Of a stretch of 64,000 bases of DNA, positions 42,115 to 52,160 are shown one piece after another. The notes under the pieces were generated by a model that saw nothing but the letters and a program-made list of their open reading frames with translations, had not been told where the DNA came from and did not search any database. The translations under genes were made by a program, and so were the position numbers. Position 1 is the stretch's first letter, and each line of letters opens with the position of its first letter. Origin of the DNA: Phytoplasma sp. GTDB lineage: Bacteria; Bacillota_I; Bacilli_A; Acholeplasmatales; Acholeplasmataceae. Location: positions 290,217 through 354,216 of the forward strand of contig NZ_CP131022.1 of NCBI RefSeq assembly GCF_035187685.1, in the 5' to 3' direction.

Positions 42115-43206
42115 ATGAAAAAAATAAAAAGTTTAATTAAAAATTCATATGAATTAGAATTACAAGAAGATGGTCATAAAGGGGATATCATCGATCTTAA
42201 AGAATGTTTAGAATTAAATTTAACTTTATTACAACAAAAATTACATCAAGATGAGATACAACAAGAAATAACAAAAACTAAAGAACAATATGAACAAAAA
42301 ATAAAAGATTTACATAATCAACAAGAATTATTATTGATTAAAACAATAATGGAATTAGAAAATAAAAAAAATAATACAATTAATGAATTAAAACATGAAA
42401 TTACTAAACTTACATTAACCAGAACCGGTTATAATGTTAAATTAATAGGTGAACATTTAGAAAAATGGTGTAATAACGAAGTACAAAATCAATTGTTAAT
42501 TGCTGATGATATTTCTTGGTATAAAGATAATCAAATTATCCAAAATAGTAAAGGCGATTTTGTTTATAAATTACATTATGATGAAAATAAAAAAGAAAAT
42601 GAGCTTTTAACTTCAGCTCTTTTAGAAGTTAAATCAGAAGCTAAAACTTTAGACAATGTTAGAAAACAGAAAAACGAACAATTTTTTAAAAAATTAGATA
42701 AAGATCGTAATAATAAAAATTTAGAATTTGCTATTTTGGTTAGTGAATTAGAATATGATAAAGAAAATGATGCTCCAGTTCGTAAAGTCTATGAATATCC
42801 TAATATGTTTATTATTCGACCTCCTTATTTAGTTATTTTTTTAAACATTATCACTGCTTTAGGCCGCAAACATAAAGAATTAATTTTAACTCTTTCTGAA
42901 AAAAAACAAGAATTTTGTCAAGAAAAAGAAATAGAAGAAAAATTTAACAAAATGAAAGAACAAATTTTAAATAATGCGTTTACTAAAATCAAAAATAATT
43001 TGTTGAAAATTTCTGAAGAAAACGAAAAAATTAAACAAATATCTCGATCTTTAAATAATTCTTGTTACCGTATTCAAGAAAAAATTCAAATAATTATTGC
43101 AGAACATTTAGAAACTGTATTTAATCAAATTAAAAATTTTAAAATAACACATATTATTAAAAAAATTAAAAAAATTAATCATTTAAATAAACAAAAGAGA
43201 TCTTAA
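42115..43206 (+). CDS. DUF2130-family coiled-coil protein
   Basis: 363 aa. The pattern KLIGEHLEKWCNNE ... SKGDFVY ... EVKSE ... NEQFFKKLDKDRNNKNLEFAILVSELE ... IIRPPYL matches my recollection of the DUF2130 core. Confidence 0.6.
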   Translation: MKKIKSLIKNSYELELQEDGHKGDIIDLKECLELNLTLLQQKLHQDEIQQEITKTKEQYEQKIKDLHNQQELLLIKTIMELENKKNNTINELKHEITKLTLTRTGYNVKLIGEHLEKWCNNEVQNQLLIADDISWYKDNQIIQNSKGDFVYKLHYDENKKENELLTSALLEVKSEAKTLDNVRKQKNEQFFKKLDKDRNNKNLEFAILVSELEYDKENDAPVRKVYEYPNMFIIRPPYLVIFLNIITALGRKHKELILTLSEKKQEFCQEKEIEEKFNKMKEQILNNAFTKIKNNLLKISEENEKIKQISRSLNNSCYRIQEKIQIIIAEHLETVFNQIKNFKITHIIKKIKKINHLNKQKRS

Positions 43207-43395
43207 AAACATGTCTCTTTTTATTTAAATTATTAGTAGTTATTTTAATAATTTTATTGTATCTATGTATTTTAGATAACTATTTAAATTTAAAAAATAT
43301 ATTTTACTTTAGAAAGAAATCAAAATGTATACTAATCAATTAAAAAAAACGAATAATAATAAATTAAACATAATTTATTGCAATTATTGAGGTTT

Positions 43396-43625
43396 TACAA
43401 AAGTTTAGAAACTTTTGACTTTTTCAAATTCTTTAAGACTGGCTATTCAAGTTAGTCTTTTTTTATTAAGCTGGAGTGCTCTTAAAAACCGAACCGATAG
43501 AAAGTCACAATTTTTTCTAAAAATAATTTTTAGAAATCAAAATTGTTTATTAAAATATTTTTTTAATAACATAAAAAATAATTTTTTTAACAATTAAAAT
43601 TTTTAAATTATTAAAATTAAAAAAT
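43396..43625 (+). repeat. Island intergenic element, copy A (hairpin plus T-run, then conserved core)
   Basis: The hairpin AAGACT...AGTCTT plus T7 (43435-43465) is followed by GAACCGATAGAAAGTC, AAATCAAAATTGTTTATTAA, AACATAAAAAATA and AAAATTAAAAAAT. Copy B carries the same blocks in the same order. Confidence 0.7.
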
Positions 43626-44040
43626 GTTTTTTTTTTTTTTTGTAGTATTATATTAATAATAAATAATTTGAATTTATTTTGTGCGAAATAATTAATATTG
43701 AATTTAGTTTTAGTTCAAATATATATATGAATACTACATATGTCTAAAGATAAGTAAGTTTTTTAATTATTTCATTTTAAGATTTTTAAATATTAGTAAA
43801 GTTTTTAAAATTTTTTAAAATAAAAAAAGAAGTTTTAAATACGAATGAAACACTTTCTGCAAAATCTTATTTATTTAAATATTATCTTTTTTTATTTTTA
43901 TTACTAGTCTCTCGAATACTGTATAATAATAATAATACTCACGGATAAATCTTTAAATATGTTAAATATGTTGTAAATGCGAAATAAATTTAAATATTTA
44001 TAAAAGTTTAAAATATAAATAAAAAGGATTATAAAAAACA

Positions 44041-44730
44041 ATGAAATTCAAAATAAAAGATAAATTATTGATTTTATCGGCAATTGTTATTTGTTTGTTT
44101 TGTTTAATTATGTTTATAAAAGCCAATAATGTTAGAGATACGGATTATAAAAAACATTTAGACTACGAAGCTGATTTCCAAACTGAATCACCTCTTTTTG
44201 CGGTTACAAAAAAACAAATTAGCGGTTTAAATAGAAAGCTTATACCAAAAAGTTTATCTACAACAGTAGATGATGACTCAAATTATGTTAATTCGATATC
44301 ATTCGAACAAGCGGCAAACATAAATGGAAAAAATATTAAACTTAATAGCGGCGATGTATTTTTAAAAATAGAATTTTACAACTATGAAATGCAAAAAGAC
44401 TTAATGAAGTGGTTTGATATACAAATCTATATGTATGATGAAACAAGTGCAGCATATTTAACTGAATTAAAAATGAATAAAATAAATGGAATATATCAGT
44501 TTAGCGAAAATAAATATCCAAAAATAGAATTAGATAACAAAACAGGCGATGGTAATCTAAAATTTAAATGTATAGTTACACAAACGCAACCAATAAAAGG
44601 TAATTTAAGCGAACATATAACACAAAGTTTAAAAAATTCACAATTAAAGTTTGTTAAGAGTTATCAATTGGTAGACTCAAAAGGTAATTCCATTGATGAT
44701 AAAATAAATACTTTGGTGGATCAACAATAA
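44041..44730 (+). CDS. Signal-peptide protein, island family 1 (secreted-protein/effector candidate)
   Basis: 229 aa. N-terminal LLILSAIVICLFCLIMFIKA and no further TM segment. The C-terminal SYQLVDSKGNSIDD is shared with 50037-50657 (DYELVDKQGKSITG). Confidence 0.6.
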   Translation: MKFKIKDKLLILSAIVICLFCLIMFIKANNVRDTDYKKHLDYEADFQTESPLFAVTKKQISGLNRKLIPKSLSTTVDDDSNYVNSISFEQAANINGKNIKLNSGDVFLKIEFYNYEMQKDLMKWFDIQIYMYDETSAAYLTELKMNKINGIYQFSENKYPKIELDNKTGDGNLKFKCIVTQTQPIKGNLSEHITQSLKNSQLKFVKSYQLVDSKGNSIDDKINTLVDQQ

Positions 44731-45077
44731 AATATTATTAACAAGTAACAAATTAATATAATAAAGTTAATAATTTGAATTCAATAACAAAGTTATTATT
44801 AAGTATTTATTGTTAGCATTTTTATAAAAAAATTCTTTATAAGTTAATTCAAAAAATATAATTCCAAAATATGCAGAAAAAATGGAATTATTAAAAGATA
44901 AAAAATTGATACTCATTTGAAACAAATTCAAAAATTATAATAGTCAAATAAAACATACCAATAAAAATAAGATAATAATAATTTTAAACAATTAGATGTT
45001 AAAAAAAAGCTAACACAACTTTAAAAATCAATACTGAACGGGTAAATATTTAATAAAAAAATAATTTTAAAATTTTA

Positions 45078-45150
45078 ATTTTTTTATTAAATTACTTTTT
45101 TTCGATAGAATAGCAAAATAGTGGTGTAATTCCGTTTTTGACAACAGATT
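45078..45150 (+). repeat. Element upstream of the family-2 gene; an inverted copy lies at 11590-11685
   Basis: See 11590-11685. About 30 nt are near-identical, followed by a further 40 nt of looser similarity. Confidence 0.55.
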
Positions 45151-45349
45151 AAGATTTTTTATGAAGACGTTCGATATACTTTTCTTTTATAAACGCTTAA
45201 ATAAATAAGTTATGCAGTCTATAGAGATAAATGTATACATTTTTTTAAAATGTAAACTTGGTTAAAAGTATTTTTCTAATAAATATTATATAAATAATTT
45301 TAATACATTTATTAAATAAAATAAATATTATATTTCTTGACAAAAAATA

Positions 45350-46804
45350 TTGTCAATATTTTTTTATTTAATAAATTATATGAAAGTAGATTATATCTTG
45401 AAAATAAAATTTTGTAAAAAAGTTTTATTAATTATTTACTGTTTAATTGTTATCTTATTTAAAAATTTTAAAATTTTAGCTCATAATTATTTTTATGTTG
45501 CACAGTCGTCATACGAAATTCCAATTGCTAACTTCGAAGAATATCAACAAGAATGGTTAAGAAATGAATTGATAACAAAACCTTACAAAATATATAATAT
45601 AAATGTTCATGATATCATAACTAATTTTAATAATTTTAATATTGATAAGATGGAATATTATAAATGGTTTAACAATAAACAATTGAATGAACTGATGATG
45701 GAAGAAAATGCTTATTCTAAAACAAACCCATTAGTATGTTATTTTCAATATAGAGATAATCCTTTCGATATCAAATGCCCTACTAATATTAATGAATACC
45801 AATCGCAAAAACTACTAGACAATCAAATAGCTATTAAAAAGTTATTTATATTTTATGATAAAGAAGAAGTGACAACAAATATTGATATTAATATTAATAC
45901 GATGTTAATCAATGTGAAACATTTGGAGGATGAATCGCAAAGAATAAAAGATGAATTTTTAACACAACAACAAATAAGTCAAAAGAATAAGTTAGAAGAA
46001 TCATTAAATAATACAAATGTATTAAATATAAATATATTGCCAATAAAAGAGTTTATTTATGAGCAAACAATTAAAGTCGAAAAACAAAGAAATTCATATG
46101 TTGAAAAATTAACCAGTACATTCATAGAAAAATCACAAGTCGATTTTAAAGATATAAAGGATTTATTAAACATAATAGAAAAGTCATTATTATACAATAT
46201 ACTTCAAAAGAATAATAAAGATTTTTATCATTTAGAGTTTAAAAATTATAATAAAAAACAAATAACATACTTGCTTTGTGATTCTAATACACCTCAAGAA
46301 GATATTGATCAGTTTATGAGAAGCAAAAAATTAGTCCCTAAAAAGGCAATAACAATAGATAACACAATAACAACAATATTAGAAACTGAAGATACAAATT
46401 ATACAATTCGTTGTACAAAAATCCAAAACATATTAAATGATGATTATGAGCAAAAGTTAAACGAATTAAAAAAAAAGACGGTTATTAAATCAGATGTACA
46501 ATTGAATACATTAAAATATGTTGATACAAATATATTTATAAAAAATAAAGAAAAAATTAAAACTACAGAAACTAATAACTTTTTAACAAATTATGTTAAA
46601 CAAGAAGCTGTCTTATATGATTACAATGGTAATGAATATACTTATATTAAAACAACAAAAACTATATTTTGGGTCAACATTGCAATTACTTATATATTTA
46701 AGTTCAATGAAAAACAAAAAGACATATTATTTCTTGAATTTAAAAGAAATAACTCCGAACTAAGTTTTGAACAACCTACGAAACCACCTAACTTAAATAT
46801 TTAG
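45350..46804 (+). CDS. Signal-peptide/membrane-anchored protein, island family 2
   Basis: 484 aa from the TTG start; ATG 45380 is more likely. Hydrophobic VLLIIYCLIVILF. It shares EWLRNE..IYNINVHD and RDNPFDIK with 53887-54768 (EWLRNE..IYNINIQD, RENPFQIK). Confidence 0.6.
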   Translation: MSIFFYLINYMKVDYILKIKFCKKVLLIIYCLIVILFKNFKILAHNYFYVAQSSYEIPIANFEEYQQEWLRNELITKPYKIYNINVHDIITNFNNFNIDKMEYYKWFNNKQLNELMMEENAYSKTNPLVCYFQYRDNPFDIKCPTNINEYQSQKLLDNQIAIKKLFIFYDKEEVTTNIDININTMLINVKHLEDESQRIKDEFLTQQQISQKNKLEESLNNTNVLNINILPIKEFIYEQTIKVEKQRNSYVEKLTSTFIEKSQVDFKDIKDLLNIIEKSLLYNILQKNNKDFYHLEFKNYNKKQITYLLCDSNTPQEDIDQFMRSKKLVPKKAITIDNTITTILETEDTNYTIRCTKIQNILNDDYEQKLNELKKKTVIKSDVQLNTLKYVDTNIFIKNKEKIKTTETNNFLTNYVKQEAVLYDYNGNEYTYIKTTKTIFWVNIAITYIFKFNEKQKDILFLEFKRNNSELSFEQPTKPPNLNI

Positions 46805-47261
46805 ATAAAGCAGAAAACAAAATTAATTTATAATTTCGCTATTAATTCATAATCTTTTTTAATTAAATTTAAGTAATAAAAAAGTCTGGTCAATAAAACT
46901 TGTCAACAATTATACAAATCAAAAGGATTAAATAACAAATATTCGTTTTTATCGATATTTTAATCATATCTTGTTTTTTAACAAAATCTAATCTATATTT
47001 TTTATTTTGAAATATTTTGTTAAATAAAAGTTTATATTTGATTAATTGGTTTTAAACTAGGATAAAATAAAGACGCTTCTTTATAATTGAATGACCAAAA
47101 TTTTTCTTTTAAAAATTACAAGATTATATATAAAGTTTTATGATATTAATCTTATTATATTCATGGTGTTATCTGTCGAAAAGTTTACAAATACACAAAA
47201 AAGAGTTCAAAGATCATTTAATTATCAATACTAATCATTTCACAAAATTATTTCTCTCTAT

Positions 47262-47430
47262 AAGACTTCAAAGTCCTTATGACTTTCGAAGTCTTTTTTA
47301 TTCGTCTGAAGTGTTCTTGAAAACGAAACGATAGTAAGCCCCAATTTATTCTAAAAGAAATCAAAATTGTTTATTAATTATTTTTATATTAACATAAAAA
47401 ATATTTTTTTAAATTGTAAAATTAAAAAAT
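47262..47430 (+). repeat. Island intergenic element, copy B
   Basis: The hairpin AAGACTTCAAAGTC/GACTTTCGAAGTCTT plus T6 (47262-47299) is followed by GAAACGATAGTAAGCC, AAATCAAAATTGTTTATTAA, AACATAAAAAATA and AAAATTAAAAAAT. It is collinear with copy A. Confidence 0.7.
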
Positions 47431-47576
47431 AATTAAAATATTAAAAATAAAATAACAAAAGGTATCATATCTAAATGCATCCTATATATTAAACACTTTT
47501 AAATTTCGTTTTTATTTATGTTTTTTAAATTTTTTATAAAGATAATAAATAAAAAATAAAGGAAAAATAATTATAT

Positions 47577-48290
47577 ATGGGTGTTAATATAAAAAATTAT
47601 TTAGGTATAGAAAATAAAATTAACGAATTATTTTTTATTTACGATAAAGATAATAAAAAAAATTATTTTATCCGAGAACAAATATTTTTATTATTTTATA
47701 AAAATATAATTTGTCGTATTGTTAGTAAATTAAAATATTATCCTAGATGTTTAGAGAAAATTGATTTAATTCATGAAGGAATTTTGATTATGGATGATAT
47801 ATTATTGAATTATGTTTATACAAAATATAAATGTGATTTTGTAACCTTTGCTAAAGGGAAAATTAAACAAAAAATTGATAAATTAATTCGTTTAAGTCAT
47901 TATCCTTCCACTCCTATAAGAGTTTATAATAAAAATAAAAAAAATAAAAGACCAAATCAAGATATTGAACTGTTTTCTTCGAATGAAAATATAGAAAATA
48001 GAATAGTCACAAAATATGAATATGAACCTTATTTTCCTAAAATGCTGAATCCTCATCAAGAATATATAAAAAAACTTAATTTTGAAATATTTTTACATAA
48101 AATGCACAAAAAATTGAATAAAATGGAATATCAAGTTTTAATGTATAGTTATGGAATTCCAAAAACAATTATTAATAATATATATTATGGATGTTTTTTG
48201 GCGGATTTTGAAATATCCTCAAGATTAAACATAACAAGAAAACAAATTTATAAATATAGAGAAAAAGCCATTTTAAAATTAAAAACATAA
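47577..48290 (+). CDS. Sigma-70-family RNA polymerase sigma factor (PMU sigF/fliA-like)
   Basis: 237 aa. A region-2-like stretch DLIHEGILIMDDILLNY...FVTFAKGKIKQKIDKLIR, and a region-4 HTH LNKMEYQVLMYSYG ... ISSRLNITRKQIYKYREKAILKLK. Confidence 0.7.
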   Translation: MGVNIKNYLGIENKINELFFIYDKDNKKNYFIREQIFLLFYKNIICRIVSKLKYYPRCLEKIDLIHEGILIMDDILLNYVYTKYKCDFVTFAKGKIKQKIDKLIRLSHYPSTPIRVYNKNKKNKRPNQDIELFSSNENIENRIVTKYEYEPYFPKMLNPHQEYIKKLNFEIFLHKMHKKLNKMEYQVLMYSYGIPKTIINNIYYGCFLADFEISSRLNITRKQIYKYREKAILKLKT

Positions 48291-48322
48291 TAGATAATAA
48301 AATTATTTTATAAATTTTTATT

Positions 48323-48356
48323 AATAATTTGTTTAAAAACAAATTATTTTATTTTT
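48323..48356 (+). terminator. Hairpin plus T-run after the sigma factor gene
   Basis: AATAATTTGTTT (48323-48334) pairs with AAACAAATTATT (48337-48348), followed by TTATTTTT. Confidence 0.5.
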
Positions 48357-48545
48357 ATTATGACCTGAGCAAGTCTTAAAACTACTTATATTTAAACGAA
48401 TTCGTTAATAAATATTTTTTGTTTTTAAGAAAAGTAAAAAAGTTATCAAAAATTAATTTTTATAAAGTTTTTTGTTTAATTTTAGATTCGAAAAATTATT
48501 AATTTGTTGCGCAACTACAAATTAAAAAAATAAGGAGTTCTCGAA

Positions 48546-49043
48546 ATGGAACAAAAAGAAAATAAAGAAAAAGGAACCATATTTAAAAATCCAGAAATAT
48601 TAGCTAAAAATTTAAATTCAACTATAATGCAAGTTATTGTTTTTGTTTTAGTTTTTCATATTTACAAAGAATGGGATTTAGAACAAATTAAAAATTTAAA
48701 TGTTTCTTTTTTATTTTTCTTAAAAAATTTTATTGCTTGTCATTATCAAATAATTTTATTAAATAAGTATCGTAATAATTTCAAAACATTGAATAAGACA
48801 AATAATTTACTGCAAGAAGAATGTAATTCTTTATACTTAAGAATTAAAGAAAAAGTTTTAAATGATGATAAAACTCAAGAACAAATATTTAATGAATTAG
48901 AAAAGGAATATCAAGATATATTAAAGGAAGATACTAATAAACTTATTTCAGAATTTATTGCTCAAACATTGATAAATCACTCGACTAATAATTCGTTTCA
49001 AGAAAAAGTTGATGATTCAAAAGAATCTCCTAAAAATGAATAA
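48546..49043 (+). CDS. Hypothetical island protein
   Basis: 165 aa. SD-like AAGGAG lies 6 nt upstream. It has one or two hydrophobic segments (IMQVIVFVLVFHIY) and an acidic coiled-coil tail. No family recognised. Confidence 0.45.
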   Translation: MEQKENKEKGTIFKNPEILAKNLNSTIMQVIVFVLVFHIYKEWDLEQIKNLNVSFLFFLKNFIACHYQIILLNKYRNNFKTLNKTNNLLQEECNSLYLRIKEKVLNDDKTQEQIFNELEKEYQDILKEDTNKLISEFIAQTLINHSTNNSFQEKVDDSKESPKNE

Positions 49044-49105
49044 TTTTTAAAATTGTAATAAAAAGTAATGAATAAAAAATTTAATTATTTTTTATTTAAT
49101 CGACC

Positions 49106-49139
49106 AAAGAGATTAAACATTATGTTTAATCTCTTTTTT
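49106..49139 (+). terminator. Intrinsic terminator after 48546-49043
   Basis: AAAGAGATTAAACAT (49106-49120) pairs with ATGTTTAATCTCTTT (49122-49136), then a T-run. Confidence 0.7.
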
Positions 49140-49285
49140 ATATTCTTTTTGATTGTTTTAATGAAATGTTATAAAAAAATTTCAACGAAGAAATAACAAC
49201 ATTGAAATGATTTACATTCATTATTTCAATTATAAAATAAAAAAAATATAAAAAATATAAAAAATATAAAAAAAGGAAATGAAAT

Positions 49286-49795
49286 ATGATTTTTCAAGAT
49301 AAAACAAAAATTTTAAAAATCTTTGGTCCTATTTTGTTATTTATTATTTTATCTTTAGTTGCTTTATTTTCCGTTATTTACCCTGAACAAAGCCAAGATT
49401 TTATAGATAAGGAATTATTAGAAAATTCAAATCCAAATTTTAATGATTTATCTCATGGTTCACACAAATCCATTGATTTAACTCAAGTACATAACGAATT
49501 ACAAGAAATAATACAACAACAACAAAAAGACATTCAATCTAAAGAAGAAGAAATTAGTTTTTTGAATAATTTGATTCTTAATAATGATAATTACGATGAT
49601 GAAAATAATTTTCAACCCAAATTAGATTTATTTACTTTAGATAAAGAAAAAAAAGATTTAGAAAATAAAATAAACCACTTAGAAATTTCATTGACAACTT
49701 CTGAACAATTAAATTCTGTATTAAAGGATAAAATTATATTTTTAGAACAACAGTTGAATGATGAATTTTATTTAAAAGATACACAACAAGAATAA
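49286..49795 (+). CDS. Signal-anchored coiled-coil protein (hypothetical)
   Basis: 169 aa. AAAGGAAA SD, N-terminal ILKIFGPILLFIILSLVALFSVIY, then a heptad-like Q/E/L-rich region. Confidence 0.5.
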   Translation: MIFQDKTKILKIFGPILLFIILSLVALFSVIYPEQSQDFIDKELLENSNPNFNDLSHGSHKSIDLTQVHNELQEIIQQQQKDIQSKEEEISFLNNLILNNDNYDDENNFQPKLDLFTLDKEKKDLENKINHLEISLTTSEQLNSVLKDKIIFLEQQLNDEFYLKDTQQE

Positions 49796-50036
49796 ATTAA
49801 TTTGTTAAAAGAAGAAAATAAAAAAATATTAAATGACCTGAATAATTATAAACAAAAATATTAAGAATAATTTTATCATGAAATAAATAAGTTAATAAAA
49901 TATAAATTATTTTTTTAATAAAAATTTATTGATTTAATTTTCATTTTTTGAAAGTGTCATAACTTAATTAAATATTTAGACATTTTTCGTTCAAGTTGTA
50001 CATGAGAAAAAGAATAAAGAGAAGGTTTTAATATTT

Positions 50037-50657
50037 ATGATCAAAAAACAAAATAAATTCAAATTTTTCATTTTATTTTTAATTATAACTATTTTATTTT
50101 CTTTATTAGCGACATCGATTTATTTTTTTCAAAGAAAAACGGAAGAAATTCGATTAGAACATGATTTTCCTACTTTTGAGATAGAACTTATAGGTGGTAA
50201 TCATCAAAATAAATATCTTATTCCGATTTCTATTCCTAATTTAAATAAAGACAAATACGAACATTTGATAAATATAGAACATAAAGCTATTTTACATTCT
50301 AAATCTACAGAAATAAAAGAAATTTTGTTTTTAAAAATTACACTTTCTTTGGAATCGCCTAATATTACATTCGAAAATAGAAATAATTTTTTTGCTTTTC
50401 AATTTCTTGTAACAGATGCAAATAAACAAAAACAAATTTATTCTGATGATGATAGACCTTGTTATGTACATATGCAGCCGAACAATACACAAACAATTAT
50501 TATTAATACTCAATTACAACAAAAAGATATTTTGACTTCTAATCATCCTAAACTTTATTTAATTTATGATTATGAATTAGTAGATAAACAAGGAAAATCA
50601 ATTACAGGTGGAACTAATATTGTTACGAATAGAATCACTAATGTCGCAAATAATTAA
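50037..50657 (+). CDS. Signal-peptide protein, island family 1 (paralog of 44041-44730)
   Basis: 206 aa. N-terminal FKFFILFLIITILFSLLATSIYFF and the shared C-terminal ELVDKQGKSI motif. Confidence 0.55.
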   Translation: MIKKQNKFKFFILFLIITILFSLLATSIYFFQRKTEEIRLEHDFPTFEIELIGGNHQNKYLIPISIPNLNKDKYEHLINIEHKAILHSKSTEIKEILFLKITLSLESPNITFENRNNFFAFQFLVTDANKQKQIYSDDDRPCYVHMQPNNTQTIIINTQLQQKDILTSNHPKLYLIYDYELVDKQGKSITGGTNIVTNRITNVANN

Positions 50658-50732
50658 TTGTTAATGTTTTGATAAAAAATAATCAAATGCAATATTTTTT
50701 TAAAAATAAAAAGACTTTTTAAAGTTAAAAAA

Positions 50733-52112
50733 GTGTTAGAAAATAGAGGTTACGCGTTGAAAGAACAAGTAAATAAAATTCAATCATCAAACAAAATATT
50801 TTTTCTTTTTGTTTTTATTTTAATCTTTGTAATTTCAATTTTTTATATTTGGGTTCATCATAAAGCTATTACTGAAAATGAACATAAAATTCAACAAATA
50901 GAAAAAAACAATATTTCTATAAGTGATAAATTAAAACAAATTGAAAAAAATATGAAAGAACAACAAATAAATCAAGAAAGAACGAAGACAGGATTACAAT
51001 CTGATAATTCATTTGATAAAAACAAATTTTATAATAAAAATAAAGATATTTTGTTAGAAAGTGATAATTTTATAGCACAAGATTTTAAAAAATTTCCAAC
51101 TTTTGAAAAATTAGTGGGTTTGAATGAATCTAAATCAGCAGCTAAAGGTTTTATTAATTTTTTTCAAAATAAAAAAGCTTTTGAGGATAGAGGAAAAGTA
51201 ATTGTACCTAAAGGTTTAATGATGTACGGAACTCCTGGTTGTGGTAAAACTGTTTTTGCAGGTTCTATTGCAAGAGAAACGGAATTACCTTTTATTGAGG
51301 TATCTTGTTCTATTTTTGCTCAAGAATTTGTAGGTAGAGCGCCTAAAATGGTAACGGAATTATTTGACTTAGCTAGAGAAGTAGCTTATCAAAATAATAA
51401 AGGAGCAATAATCTTTTTAGATGAATGCGAAAATATTTTTTTAAATATTGATAGTTTAAAACCAGGTTCTGAAATTGCTAATGTTGTTAATGAATTTAAA
51501 ATTCAATTAGAACCAAAAGAAGGAAAACATGATTTAGATAAACCTATTTTTGTTATAGGGGCTACCAACCATATGGACGGTATAGAACCTGCTATTTTAT
51601 CGCGTTTTACTCATCGTATTGAATTAAAACCAGGTAATAAAGCGGAACGAAAAATTCAATTGAATAATATTTTACAAAGAAATCAATTTCCTATTACGAT
51701 AGAAGCTAAGAAATATTTACTAGAAACAATTAATGATGCATTAGAATATTTACCGCCACAATACGAAAAAAAAATTGATGGAACCGTAGTAGAAATTTCA
51801 ATGGAAAAAAATTATAAAAAAGCTTATCGTGTTTTAGAAAATTTGGTAAAAGAAGCTAGTTTAAAATCCATTGATCGCGAAATAATAAATCTACAAGAAA
51901 ACACAAAATGTTCTCATCCTAATCATGAAGAGCGTTTTGGAAATAATAGAATTTTCGCTAATAATAATTTATTGAAACAAAAAACTGATTTTCATATTTT
52001 AGAAAATTGTTGCGAATGTAAAGCGATTAATGTTGAAGATTTGAAAAAATCTTATCAAATAATAATGGATGAATCATGTAAATCTTTAGAAAAAGCGGAA
52101 AATAAAAATTAA
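50733..52112 (+). CDS. Membrane-anchored AAA+ ATPase, FtsH/HflB-like but without the zinc-protease domain
   Basis: 459 aa. One N-terminal TM (IFFLFVFILIFVISIFYIWV), Walker A GTPGCGKT, Walker B IIFLDECE and an SRH-like ATNHMDGIEPAILSRF. There is no HExxH. GTG start. Confidence 0.8.
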   Translation: MLENRGYALKEQVNKIQSSNKIFFLFVFILIFVISIFYIWVHHKAITENEHKIQQIEKNNISISDKLKQIEKNMKEQQINQERTKTGLQSDNSFDKNKFYNKNKDILLESDNFIAQDFKKFPTFEKLVGLNESKSAAKGFINFFQNKKAFEDRGKVIVPKGLMMYGTPGCGKTVFAGSIARETELPFIEVSCSIFAQEFVGRAPKMVTELFDLAREVAYQNNKGAIIFLDECENIFLNIDSLKPGSEIANVVNEFKIQLEPKEGKHDLDKPIFVIGATNHMDGIEPAILSRFTHRIELKPGNKAERKIQLNNILQRNQFPITIEAKKYLLETINDALEYLPPQYEKKIDGTVVEISMEKNYKKAYRVLENLVKEASLKSIDREIINLQENTKCSHPNHEERFGNNRIFANNNLLKQKTDFHILENCCECKAINVEDLKKSYQIIMDESCKSLEKAENKN

Positions 52113-52160
52113 TATTTTATTAATAATGTTTGACAAAATATAATTAAAAGGAAGACAAAA

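Noticed and set aside
43470-43510. A sigma-28 (FliA)-type promoter in the element core, because CCGATAG resembles the -10 box GCCGATAA.
   Set aside because: No TAAA -35 box lies at the required spacing of about 15 nt in copy A. Copies B and C also have substitutions within the box (ACGATAG, CCGCTAG). It is retained only as a speculative remark.
43415-43597. The 60-aa ORF at 43415-43597 and the 64-aa ORF at 47140-47334 in the ORF track.
   Set aside because: Both lie across the conserved hairpin/core of repeat elements A and B, have no SD, and their translations are not similar to each other despite the DNA similarity. They are most likely non-coding.
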